This document shows, in pieces, positions 46,773 to 56,114 of a stretch of 64,000 nucleotides of DNA (positions are counted from its first letter, which is position 1; every line of letters begins with the position of its first letter). The stretch comes from Candidatus Latescibacterota bacterium (GTDB lineage: Bacteria > Latescibacterota > UBA2968 > GCA-2709665). The stretch is taken from assembly GCA_965208835.1 (NCBI GenBank), contig OZ242358.1:3744001-3808000 (forward strand), given 5' to 3'. Made by a program: the position numbers and the translations under genes. The notes beneath the pieces were generated by a model. It had not been told where the DNA came from, did not search any database, and was given only the letters and a program-made list of their open reading frames with translations.

Positions 46773-48152
46773 ATGGCTTCCCAACCATCGAGTACACAGA
46801 CTCCCGTCGATCGTCCGCAACCTCAGGCGCTTGAGGTCGAACGGGCGGTTCTCGGCGCGATGTTCATTGACAACGCGGCTATCAGCCGGGTGATCGAGGT
46901 CCTTGGCGACGAGACGGCGTTCTACCATACCGCAAACCGCCGGGTATATGCGGCCCTGCTCGCGTTAACCGAGCGGGGACTGCCGGTGGATGAGGTGACG
47001 GTTGCGGAGGAATTGAAACGCCGCGGGCAATTTGAAGACGTGGGCGGGTATGCCTATGTTGCCGGCCTGGGCGGCGAAATGGCGACCGGCGCAAACGCGG
47101 AATACCATGCCAGAATCGTGCTCGAGCGCGCCCAGCGCCGCAGGTTGATCGACGCGTCCACGCAAACGATTGCGGAGTGTTACGACGAGGCGGAAGAGGT
47201 CCACGAGGTAATCGACCGGGCCGAGCAGCGGGTGTTCGGAATTGCTGAAGGCGAACTCGGACAGGGTGTCGTGTCGCTGCAGTCCAAACTGCACGAGACA
47301 TTTGAACTCATTGAAAAAGTCCAGAAACAGCCCGGCGCCCTTTCGGGCGTTTCCACAGGATATGCTGATCTAGACAGGATAACGGCCGGGCTGCAGACTT
47401 CGGATCTGATCATCATTGCCTCACGCCCCTCGATGGGGAAGACTGCACTGACGTTGTGCATGGCGCGAAATGCAGCCGTTGAAGAGAAAACACCGGTTCT
47501 CTATTTCTCTCTGGAAATGAGTATGCAGCAACTCGCGATTCGTTTGCTCTGCGCCGAAGCCCGTGTGAATTCGCACCGGCTGCGTACCGGCAGGCTGTCA
47601 ACCGAAGAGTGGGAGCGGATGGCGACCTGGACCGGAAAGCTGTCACAGGCGCCGTTTTTTATTGACGACACACCCGGCATCTCCGTTCTGGAGCTGCGGG
47701 CCAAAGCCCGCCGCGCCAAACTGGAGCACGGCATCGGCATAATCGTTGTGGATTACCTCCAGCTGATGACAACCTCAGCGCGAGCGGACAACCGGGAACA
47801 GGAAATCGCGAGTATTTCGCGATCGCTCAAAGCGCTGGCCAAGGAACTGGACCTGCCGGTTGTCGCCTGTGCGCAGTTGTCGCGCGCGGTCGAGTCCCGG
47901 ACGGACAGGCGGCCGCAGCTCTCCGATTTGCGCGAGAGCGGCAGCATCGAGCAGGACGCTGACGTCGTCGCGTTTCTCTATCGGCCGGAGGTGTACGGTA
48001 TACCCGATGAAGAGGGAAATCCACAACCGGACAAGGCCGAGATCATTATCGGCAAGCAGCGCAACGGTCCGACAGGCAGCGTGGATCTGCGGTTCATGAG
48101 TGATTATCTGAGGTTTGAGGAGTACGAAACTTTCCGCGACGATCCATTCTAG
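46773..48152 (+). CDS. dnaB: Replicative DNA helicase
   Basis: RPSMGKT, FSLEM, DYLQLM, QLSR, DLRESGSIEQDAD, KQRNGPTG; no intein. Confidence 0.98.
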   Translation: MASQPSSTQTPVDRPQPQALEVERAVLGAMFIDNAAISRVIEVLGDETAFYHTANRRVYAALLALTERGLPVDEVTVAEELKRRGQFEDVGGYAYVAGLGGEMATGANAEYHARIVLERAQRRRLIDASTQTIAECYDEAEEVHEVIDRAEQRVFGIAEGELGQGVVSLQSKLHETFELIEKVQKQPGALSGVSTGYADLDRITAGLQTSDLIIIASRPSMGKTALTLCMARNAAVEEKTPVLYFSLEMSMQQLAIRLLCAEARVNSHRLRTGRLSTEEWERMATWTGKLSQAPFFIDDTPGISVLELRAKARRAKLEHGIGIIVVDYLQLMTTSARADNREQEIASISRSLKALAKELDLPVVACAQLSRAVESRTDRRPQLSDLRESGSIEQDADVVAFLYRPEVYGIPDEEGNPQPDKAEIIIGKQRNGPTGSVDLRFMSDYLRFEEYETFRDDPF

Positions 48153-48461
48153 CGCCTGACACTCGACCATTCGGATCATGCCAGCACGCCGCCGGCCGTT
48201 ACCGCAGCGACCGCAACCGTGTACGAACTGAAATCAACCTCAAACCGAAATAAACAGCAACGCGGCGACGCGATTAAACCCTCCGAAACGGGGCAATATC
48301 GACGTATAGAAGGACATTTTTCCATTCACTTCCGGTGACCTGGTGTATCCTGGTAATCCGCCGTCTAATCGCCTTTATTTACAAGCACATATTCGAGTTA
48401 ACGTCCCCGAAGACTTACGAATCAAGGTCAAACCTTGAATCTATCAAACCGAGGAATGAAA

Positions 48462-49100
48462 ATGGAAGGTTACCGATCTCCAGTCAGGGTATCCAAGCTG
48501 CTCTCACTGATGCTCAGGCATCGGCCGGAAGAGTTCGGCGTCCAGGTGGACGGGTACGGCTTCGCGGACTTCGACGCGGTGATATCCGCATTGAAGAAAC
48601 AGGATGCCGATATCGAAGTCGAGGACGTAGAAGCATTGGTATATAAGGCCACCAAGAAACGGTTTGAGATTGTCGAAGGGCGGATCCGTGCGCGCTATGG
48701 ACATAGTTTCGCCATGGAACTGGGATCCGAACCCATCGAACCTCCCGAACACCTGTACAAGGGCGCAGGCGTGTCGGAAGTGGAAGGCATTCTGAGATCG
48801 GGATTGAAGCCCGATAACAGGCAATACGTACATCTCTCTTTCGACGCTGACGTCGCGCGAAGGCTTGCGGGACACCGGCGGGAGCCGGGGACCGTGATAC
48901 GGGTTGAGGCGAGAAAGGCCGCCGGGGGCGGGATTCAGTTCTTCGACTGCGGCCCCACGGTCCTCTCACGGGAAATTCCGCCCGATTTTCTCACTGTCGA
49001 AGACACACCGGCGCCGGTTCTGGATGGCGGCGTGTCTGAGAAGCAACGCGAGGAACCGGTTTCGTACGGAAGAAAACGTCGATTTGGGTCGCGGAGATAG
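48462..49100 (+). CDS. kptA: RNA 2'-phosphotransferase (Tpt1/KptA family)
   Basis: SKLLSLMLRH, KKRF, IRARYGHS, RQYVHLS. Confidence 0.88.
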   Translation: MEGYRSPVRVSKLLSLMLRHRPEEFGVQVDGYGFADFDAVISALKKQDADIEVEDVEALVYKATKKRFEIVEGRIRARYGHSFAMELGSEPIEPPEHLYKGAGVSEVEGILRSGLKPDNRQYVHLSFDADVARRLAGHRREPGTVIRVEARKAAGGGIQFFDCGPTVLSREIPPDFLTVEDTPAPVLDGGVSEKQREEPVSYGRKRRFGSRR

Positions 49101-49105
49101 CAAAC

Positions 49106-49996
49106 GTGGCAAAACAGGATCGGTCGGGAGCACACGCATTGTTGAAAACAGCCGCCAGTCTCTCCGGCGAGATTGGCGCTGATCTCGTTTTGCTCGTGGC
49201 GGACTCCGGTGTGACCAGGACGGCTGTTCAATCCCTGAACGATTCCTGTCCGGTGCTGCTGGTTACCCGACGCAATCGCTTTCTTCAGGGTATCGAGAGT
49301 ATGGGGATCCGCCGGTTAAGGCTTGATTTCGACGATGTTTCTCATCTGGAACGGGTGCGGCAGGGCATTATGCTGGGCATGGAGGCCGGTCACATCAAAA
49401 AGGGCAGTCGGCTGATCTGCCTCTCAAGCGTCATGGAACACGGTGGTGTGGACACGTTGATGACCGTGGATACCCGCAGGGAGTTTGAGGACTTCGATCC
49501 GGAGAGCCTGGCTCTGCTTGCGGACGATCTCCCAATCGAAGTGGTCAAGTCGGTGCTGGATATCGCCCTTGACATCGGACGTGAAGGCCGGGAAGGGGAG
49601 CAGGTAGGCACCCTCTTCGTGCTGGGCGACTCCGACCGCGTGCTGGCGAATTCCCGCGTGATGACGTATGATCCGTTCCGCGGGTATTCAAGACGGGAGC
49701 GGAACATCTGCGATCCCGACAACCGCGAAGGTGTGAAGGAGGTTTCTCTGATGGACGGCGCCTTCATCGTCCAGGAGGATGGCGTCATTCGCTCAGGTTG
49801 TCGCTATATCACCTCCTACGTGAGGGGTCTCACCCTGCCCAAGGGGTTGGGTGCGCGGCATGTCGCCGCGGCAGCGGTAACCAAGAACACCGAAGCGATC
49901 GCGGTGGCGGTTTCGGAGTCTACCGGTACGGTTCGGGTCTTTAAACGCGGAGAGATCGTCCTCCGGCGAGACCCGGGCCGCCGCATCGCCCGTTAG
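49106..49996 (+). CDS. Diadenylate cyclase (DisA_N domain, CdaZ/DacZ-like)
   Basis: EGREG..VGTLFVLGD, MDGAF, LPKGLGARHVAAA, VSESTG. Confidence 0.88.
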   Translation: MAKQDRSGAHALLKTAASLSGEIGADLVLLVADSGVTRTAVQSLNDSCPVLLVTRRNRFLQGIESMGIRRLRLDFDDVSHLERVRQGIMLGMEAGHIKKGSRLICLSSVMEHGGVDTLMTVDTRREFEDFDPESLALLADDLPIEVVKSVLDIALDIGREGREGEQVGTLFVLGDSDRVLANSRVMTYDPFRGYSRRERNICDPDNREGVKEVSLMDGAFIVQEDGVIRSGCRYITSYVRGLTLPKGLGARHVAAAAVTKNTEAIAVAVSESTGTVRVFKRGEIVLRRDPGRRIAR

Positions 49997-50156
49997 CAGT
50001 CCGTTGATAAAGTCGCTCTGCAGGCGAGGCCGAGCCATTGTGGCCGAAGACAAGGCGCGCGACCGAGTCCCATCCTGCGATTCGGCGAGGGAGCGCAACG
50101 CAGTATTTCGACCGCAAGGGCCGGCCGCAGCCCGGATGGACTTTTTCAACGGGCTG
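49997..50156 (-). mobile_element. MITE family A, full length (160 bp)
   Basis: TIRs; perfect TTAG duplication containing the cyclase gene's TAG stop. Confidence 0.92.
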
Positions 50157-50279
50157 TTAGACGGTCGTTTCCGGTTGCCTTTATAGGCACGCGGTAAGAC
50201 CGGTATGGGGATACGCGGGATCACTGCCGGCCGTCTTCAGATGTGCGCGTTTCACCGGACACATTGGGATGATTGCCCG

Positions 50280-50783
50280 ATGAAAATACGGCTGCGTCGG
50301 CGCGAAAACCACATAGAGGCCGTCATAGGGGACATTGTGCATCAGGTAAACCGGGTCGCCCGGGCATTCCCGAGAAGCAACGCCGACCGCTTCATCGGGT
50401 TAATGGGAGAAGACGGACATGAGATCTGTCTGATCGAAGATCCCGGCACGCTGGACGCCGATTCTCAGGAAATATTGGTCGCCGCGTTGAAGGACACTTA
50501 CTTTATTCCGCGGATTCGGGAAATCCTGGCGATGTCGCCTCGCGGAACGGGCGGTGAATGGACCGTTGTCACGGAAGAGGGAGAAGTCGAGTTTCGAACG
50601 CAGGACCGCGAGGCGCTGGACGGTTCGGAACCGCCGTCGATCACGGTAACTGACGAGAACGGCAGGCGTTATCGGATTGAGGACTACTGGGCAATGGATC
50701 GGGAGAGTCGAAATACAATGCGCGATCTCGTACCGGATGAGGTCTTGCGGCGCAGGGCCAGGGTTGTTTCGCTCCGCCGGTAG
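50280..50783 (+). CDS. DUF1854-like protein
   Basis: RAFPRS..DRFIGL...EICLIED...YFIPRI...W.V.T..G...D.NG.RY pattern. Confidence 0.75.
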   Translation: MKIRLRRRENHIEAVIGDIVHQVNRVARAFPRSNADRFIGLMGEDGHEICLIEDPGTLDADSQEILVAALKDTYFIPRIREILAMSPRGTGGEWTVVTEEGEVEFRTQDREALDGSEPPSITVTDENGRRYRIEDYWAMDRESRNTMRDLVPDEVLRRRARVVSLRR

Positions 50784-50895
50784 TGTTCTCTATTTCGGTA
50801 CCGGACATGGAGTGAGCACGCCTGTCAAGGGGTCGGCGAAGGGATATCGATTGGCCATCGACGGATATTGAAACGCGGGCATTTCGACAAGCTCA

Positions 50896-52266
50896 ATGAC
50901 CACGTTTCAGCCAGACGGGATGAATCGGCGGTCGAATGGTGAGGAATTTTTGGGACAGGACACCCGGCAAAGCAGATTCTTGATTTCCGGTATCCTGATC
51001 GGCGTGTGTGCAGTCGGCATATTGGCACTGGGTGAATCCCGGTACAGGATGCCGCTTTTTTTTGGTCTGTTCGGGCTCTGGATGGTCTTCTACCTGGTGG
51101 CTGTGTGGCATTGTACAGGGGCTTCACTGAAGACTGTGGTGCTGTTTGGCCTTCTGTTCCGCGTCATTCTGGTTTTTTCCGCGCCCGGCCTATCGGACGA
51201 CGCCTACCGGTACCTGTGGGACGGACGCGTGCAGGCCTGGGGGATAAATCCCTACGTGTATCCACCTGCTTCCGAAGCGCTCGCCGACCTCAAAGACGAC
51301 GAGGTCTTCTCCCAGGTAAACCATCCCGAAGTACCCACCATCTACCCCCCTTTGGCTCAGATGTTCTTCCGCATGTGTTATCTCATTCATCCGTCGATCT
51401 GGACCATTAAGATCGGCCTCGCTCTTTTCGATCTGTTGACGGCGTGGTTTCTTCTGGGATTGATTCGGCTATACGATCAGCATCCGGGACAGTTGCTTAT
51501 ATACCTCTGGCACCCCCTGTTGCTGGTGGAGGTGGCGGGCAACGGCCACATCGATGCGCTGGGTGTTTCCTTCATGGTTATTGCGTTCCTCTATCTTCAG
51601 GTTGGAGGTTACGCGAGGGCCTTCGCCGCGCTGGCACTCTCCTTTTTGAGCAAGTTCTTTGCCATCTGCCTGGTTCCGGTCTTCTTGCGCTGGATCTGCG
51701 GGAGGATTTCCCGTAGGACCGAAGGGCGTTTGCCGGCTTGCTTCAGACCACAGGCCGTATGGTCTGTGCTGATTTTCACGGTGACGATAGCGGCCGGGTA
51801 CCTGCCCTACCTGGAAGCCGGAGAGGCACTGTTCACAGGGTTCCTCACGTATGCCGAACACTGGAGCTTCAATGCACCGGCCTTTGACATCCTCAGTTAC
51901 GTGCTGGGTAACCCGCAGTGGGCACGCACGGTCATTGCGGTCGCGTTTGCCATGGCGGTAATTCTCGTCACGTTCAACAGGATGCCGCCGATTCAGGCAG
52001 GTTTCTTCCTCGTCGGCGCCTTCCTGTTGCTTACGCCGACATTGCACCCATGGTATGCGATCTGGATGGTACCCTTTATGGTCTTCTACAGGCAACCGGC
52101 ATGGCTGGTCTTTACAGGTCTGATCGCAATTTCGTATCACGTCCTGATCAGATATGCGAGCGAAGGGATATGGGAGGAGGCGGTCTGGGTGAAGGCTGTT
52201 CTATTCGGCGGGTTCGCGCTTGTCTGGGCATTCGAATGGATAAAGAAGCGACGCGCCGAGACCTGA
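50896..52266 (+). CDS. GT-C fold membrane glycosyltransferase (GT87-like)
   Basis: SDDAYRYLWDG, TIYPP, WHPL...E..GNGHID, HPWY; multi-TM. Confidence 0.85.
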   Translation: MTTFQPDGMNRRSNGEEFLGQDTRQSRFLISGILIGVCAVGILALGESRYRMPLFFGLFGLWMVFYLVAVWHCTGASLKTVVLFGLLFRVILVFSAPGLSDDAYRYLWDGRVQAWGINPYVYPPASEALADLKDDEVFSQVNHPEVPTIYPPLAQMFFRMCYLIHPSIWTIKIGLALFDLLTAWFLLGLIRLYDQHPGQLLIYLWHPLLLVEVAGNGHIDALGVSFMVIAFLYLQVGGYARAFAALALSFLSKFFAICLVPVFLRWICGRISRRTEGRLPACFRPQAVWSVLIFTVTIAAGYLPYLEAGEALFTGFLTYAEHWSFNAPAFDILSYVLGNPQWARTVIAVAFAMAVILVTFNRMPPIQAGFFLVGAFLLLTPTLHPWYAIWMVPFMVFYRQPAWLVFTGLIAISYHVLIRYASEGIWEEAVWVKAVLFGGFALVWAFEWIKKRRAET

Positions 52267-52276
52267 GGTCCGCAGC

Positions 52277-55200
52277 CTATACCACCTTGCCGAACAGGAG
52301 AGCAAACCGGACGAAGTCCGAGAATGCGACGTTGCCGTCGTCGTCCAGGTCGAATCGGGGATTGGTGGAGCCGAAGGCGCTGGCAAACATCAGAAAGTCG
52401 GTAAAGTCAACCCTGCCGCTTCCGTCGAAATCGGCGATTCCCGCCGAAGGAAAGGTGGTCTGCCCGGACGTAAACGTGACGTTCCTGAATCCGGAAGCGA
52501 GGGGTACGCCTGACGAGTCAGCGGCCATGGAACATGCAAGGCTGTACTCACGACCGGCTTCAAACGGCAAGAAAAACGAAAGCAGGGCGCGCTGGCTCGT
52601 TCGGTCAAGAGTCACCGAGGTCGGGCGACCCAGGTCGGGGGTGACCGAATATCCGTTCGGATTGGCCGTTCCGGCTGACATCGGTTCACTGAACTCGAGT
52701 GAGAGACTGTTCGCGTGGATGACTTCCACGCGATCCAGTTCCGGAGCCGGATTGGGGCGCAGGACGTGTGTTTCGGAGCTGATCTCGTCGCCGCCGGGCA
52801 GAGTGGCAATCACAACGTAACGATACACTCTGTTTTCGGCCAGGCCAGTGTCCGTGTACGAATTAGTGGTCAGTTTGTCCGCTATGGCTTCCGGCATACT
52901 TCCGTCGACCCCGCGCAGAATGCGATAGATGGCGCCGCTTTCGACGGGCGCCCACGCCAGCCGTACGCTTTCCGGTCCCAACGGATAAGCATGAACGATC
53001 TGTAGAATCCTGCTTATGCCCGGCTCGGTGCGTTCCATCAGACGTACGGCGCCGTCCCTGTTGTAGAGCAGCTCCGCGTAACCATCCCTGTCCAGATCCG
53101 CAATGAGCGGGCGGTAAGTCAATGAAACGGTTTCATGCCAGACGGGTTCGTATGAATCCGGGCCGGTGGCGCGGATGAGGTAAAGGTCCGGGCGCAGACA
53201 GACGGCCAGGTCGGGGATACCGTTGCCGTCCACGTCGCCCGTCGCAATACCGTTTCCCGTCGAGATTACACCCGAGACTCGAATCGACCACTCCTGTGCA
53301 TAGGAGGACAATCCGTCCGCACTGTAGATTTCAAGGTCCCACCGGCCGTTGAGTGCGTCGTTCCGGTCTTCCGCCGCGCGGGCGACGACGAACTCCACGT
53401 CGCCGTCATTGTCGATATCGGCGGCGCCCCCGATCCATTGGGTATTGGTGCTGTCACTGCCCGCCAGTTTCCAGGTCTGCGCGAAACCGCCTCCGGGCAG
53501 AGCCTCATAGATCCAGAGGTCTCCGTCGTCGTCGCCTGAGAGGATTTCCTTCCGCCCGTTGCCGTTCAGATCCGCGATGACAAACCGGGGACCGGGCCGG
53601 TTTCGGCCTTCGGTCGGATTCGGAAGAGGGGTGCCTCCAATGAAGGCACCTTCACGCGTACTCCTGAGAATACGAATCCCAGGCATATCGGCGGATCGGG
53701 TCACGATCTCGTTTCTACCGTCGCCGTCGACATCGGCGATTTCCCCGCCCCGGGCTTGATCCAGATTCAGAAGGACTTCGGAGGGAAAGGGGTTTCCCCC
53801 AAAGAGCAGGAGGCGCGGAAAACGGGTGCCGAGCAGATCGGTGCTACCGTCGTTGTTCGCGTCGCCCAGAGCCAAGGGCCAGAACGACTCGCTGGTCCGG
53901 AAGATGGTGGTGAAGCTTCCATCCTCGTTGCGTTCCAGGATTAGGTTTGTATTGTAGGTACGGCCGCTGGCGTAGGGCATCAGTACGAGTTCGGGCCGCC
54001 CGTCCATGTCGAAGTCGGCGGTCTCGTTTGCAAGATACCCGTCGGGCAGGGTGTCGATCTCCACGAAACCACGAGAGGAGAGACGAAGCGGATCCACCCT
54101 TAACGTCAATGGTTCGGAAAACACGGCCTGTCCCCCGGCATCCCTGGACATGATCCGGTATTCCAGGGGCCCGGGTGCGAGGTCTGGAGGCAGGGTGACG
54201 CGATGACGGGTGTAGATGATGTCCGAAAACAGGGTGTCTTCTCGCGTCGCCGTAGACGAGCGAAAGAGCAAGGCACCGCGTGTTGGACGTCTGGTGTGCC
54301 ATTCGGCCTGGTACGCCTGGCGGTTTCCAATGAGTATGGGTGCGAAAGACGCCCTGGATATAACCGGCAAGGCCCGCAGTATGCCGATTCGCACCCGGTC
54401 TTCAAGTGTCGTGCCATCCGTCAGCCTGACCAGCAGCCGCAGGATGACAGTGGTGTCGGCCGGCGTACCCGGGGTCCAGGAATGCCGGATGTTCGATCCC
54501 GGCGGTCCACCGGAGAGCCGGTTCCAGGATTGAGGATCTTCTCCCCTGCCGGAAAACAGTTCGTAGCCGGCAACGTTGGGACCATCGGCCCGGGCGAGGA
54601 TGTCTACGTTCCGCCTGGCGCCGTCGTCCATCCGGGGGTGGTCGATCTGCACGACGGGGGGATCTGTCCATCCCGTCGTTTTTTCGAGCAAATTCGCCGC
54701 ATCGATACGACCGGCACCGCTGCTGCTGTCCCAACCCTCCGGACCGAGATCGACTACGGACGCCGTGAGCAACGAGCGGACCTGCTCGGGGGTGAGATCG
54801 GGACGACGGGAGAGAATAAGCGCCGTGAGGCCCGCGACGTGGGGCGCCGCGAAGGACGTGCCGGAGGCGTGTACATAGCGGTTTCCCGGCGTGGTTGTAA
54901 GCGTACCCGAGCCCGGCGCGACCAGGTCCAGCGGGACCCCCAGGCTGCTGAACGCGGCAATCCGGTCGCGCGGCGCCGTGGCTCCCACGGCAATGGTTTC
55001 GTCCATGGCAGCCGGGTAGGAAAGGCCGAATTCGCCGCTGTTACCTGCGGAACTGACCAGGATGAGGCCGCTCGCGGCGGCATAGCGCACGACGTCGCGG
55101 ATCAGGAACGCGCTTTCCGGCCCACCCCAACTCATATTGATGATGTGGGCGCCGTTTTCCACGGCATAGAGAATTGCGGCGGCAAGGTCGTCTTCTTCAA

Positions 55201-56011
55201 GAAAGGTAAGGTTGGATTGCAGCGTCACGCCGGCGCGAAGGGACATCAGTGCGGCGCCCGGCGCGACGCCGGCGATGCCAACGCCGTTGTCTGTTACAGC
55301 CGCGGCAATGCCTGCAACACGGGTGCCATGGCTGGATTCGTCCATGGGATCGTTGTCGCGCGAGAGATAGTCGCCTTTTGCCGGTAGTGTCGGGGTGTGG
55401 GTGAAGTCCCACCCGCGAACGTCGTCAATGTACCCGTTGTTGTCGTCGTCAACGCCGGGACGACCGGATGCTTCGACGGTGTTGATCCAGATGTTGTCTG
55501 CCAGATCTTCGTGGGTATAGTCCACGCCCGAATCGATGATGGCGATGACGACAGGCTGTTCTTCCGGCGGAAGGCCGTCCCGCAGGGCCTGCCACCTGAT
55601 TTGATCCAGACCGTACTGATCGGGCAGTCGCGGGTCGTCGGGCGCGTCGTGGTGGTTGAAGAGGTGGATGGGCTGTGCGTAAACGACGTCCGGGTGCTCC
55701 GTGTAGGCGGCCGCGGCTTCCACGGGACTTGCGCCGGGGTCAATCTCAAGGCGGTACACCTGCGCCAGTCCCATGGCACGTTTGGCCGGGACAGCGGGTG
55801 GCTGAAAAACGGGCTCGGGGGTGCCGGCGGCAAAGCGCAGATGCAGGCTTTCCAGGCTTCCCACAGCGGTTTTGGCCGCCGCCGTTCTGAACCTGATAAG
55901 AATCTGTCCCGGAGAGTACGCGGGTTGAGCCGTGGCCGAACTGAGGGCGGGAAACAATATCAAGACTTGAAATATGGCTGATTTCGCCTGCATCCGGATG
56001 GTTGGATTCAA
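52277..56011 (-). CDS. Secreted S8 subtilase with FG-GAP/VCBS repeats, FN3, Ig-like domain and dockerin-like EF-hand tail
   Basis: Triad motifs IIDSG, HGTRVAG, GTSFAAPHVAG; repeated ADxDGDG; C-terminal DFDGSGRVDFTDF...DLDDDGNVAFSDF; start may be 55993. Confidence 0.9.
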   Translation of the reverse strand: MNPTIRMQAKSAIFQVLILFPALSSATAQPAYSPGQILIRFRTAAAKTAVGSLESLHLRFAAGTPEPVFQPPAVPAKRAMGLAQVYRLEIDPGASPVEAAAAYTEHPDVVYAQPIHLFNHHDAPDDPRLPDQYGLDQIRWQALRDGLPPEEQPVVIAIIDSGVDYTHEDLADNIWINTVEASGRPGVDDDNNGYIDDVRGWDFTHTPTLPAKGDYLSRDNDPMDESSHGTRVAGIAAAVTDNGVGIAGVAPGAALMSLRAGVTLQSNLTFLEEDDLAAAILYAVENGAHIINMSWGGPESAFLIRDVVRYAAASGLILVSSAGNSGEFGLSYPAAMDETIAVGATAPRDRIAAFSSLGVPLDLVAPGSGTLTTTPGNRYVHASGTSFAAPHVAGLTALILSRRPDLTPEQVRSLLTASVVDLGPEGWDSSSGAGRIDAANLLEKTTGWTDPPVVQIDHPRMDDGARRNVDILARADGPNVAGYELFSGRGEDPQSWNRLSGGPPGSNIRHSWTPGTPADTTVILRLLVRLTDGTTLEDRVRIGILRALPVISRASFAPILIGNRQAYQAEWHTRRPTRGALLFRSSTATREDTLFSDIIYTRHRVTLPPDLAPGPLEYRIMSRDAGGQAVFSEPLTLRVDPLRLSSRGFVEIDTLPDGYLANETADFDMDGRPELVLMPYASGRTYNTNLILERNEDGSFTTIFRTSESFWPLALGDANNDGSTDLLGTRFPRLLLFGGNPFPSEVLLNLDQARGGEIADVDGDGRNEIVTRSADMPGIRILRSTREGAFIGGTPLPNPTEGRNRPGPRFVIADLNGNGRKEILSGDDDGDLWIYEALPGGGFAQTWKLAGSDSTNTQWIGGAADIDNDGDVEFVVARAAEDRNDALNGRWDLEIYSADGLSSYAQEWSIRVSGVISTGNGIATGDVDGNGIPDLAVCLRPDLYLIRATGPDSYEPVWHETVSLTYRPLIADLDRDGYAELLYNRDGAVRLMERTEPGISRILQIVHAYPLGPESVRLAWAPVESGAIYRILRGVDGSMPEAIADKLTTNSYTDTGLAENRVYRYVVIATLPGGDEISSETHVLRPNPAPELDRVEVIHANSLSLEFSEPMSAGTANPNGYSVTPDLGRPTSVTLDRTSQRALLSFFLPFEAGREYSLACSMAADSSGVPLASGFRNVTFTSGQTTFPSAGIADFDGSGRVDFTDFLMFASAFGSTNPRFDLDDDGNVAFSDFVRFALLFGKVV

Positions 56012-56114
56012 GGTCCGGCTCCCGGACTATGTTCCTTCGTTAACCTGCAAATCCAATGGGCCCGGTTTCACCGGGCCTTTCGTTATGGACGGGATATCCG
56101 GCCGGAGGTTCCGT

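Noticed and set aside
46773-48152. Intein in DnaB
   Set aside because: Normal 459-aa length with uninterrupted motifs.
48462-50783. CBASS-like antiphage system
   Set aside because: The cyclase is a DisA_N/DAC type, not a CD-NTase, and no effector gene is adjacent.
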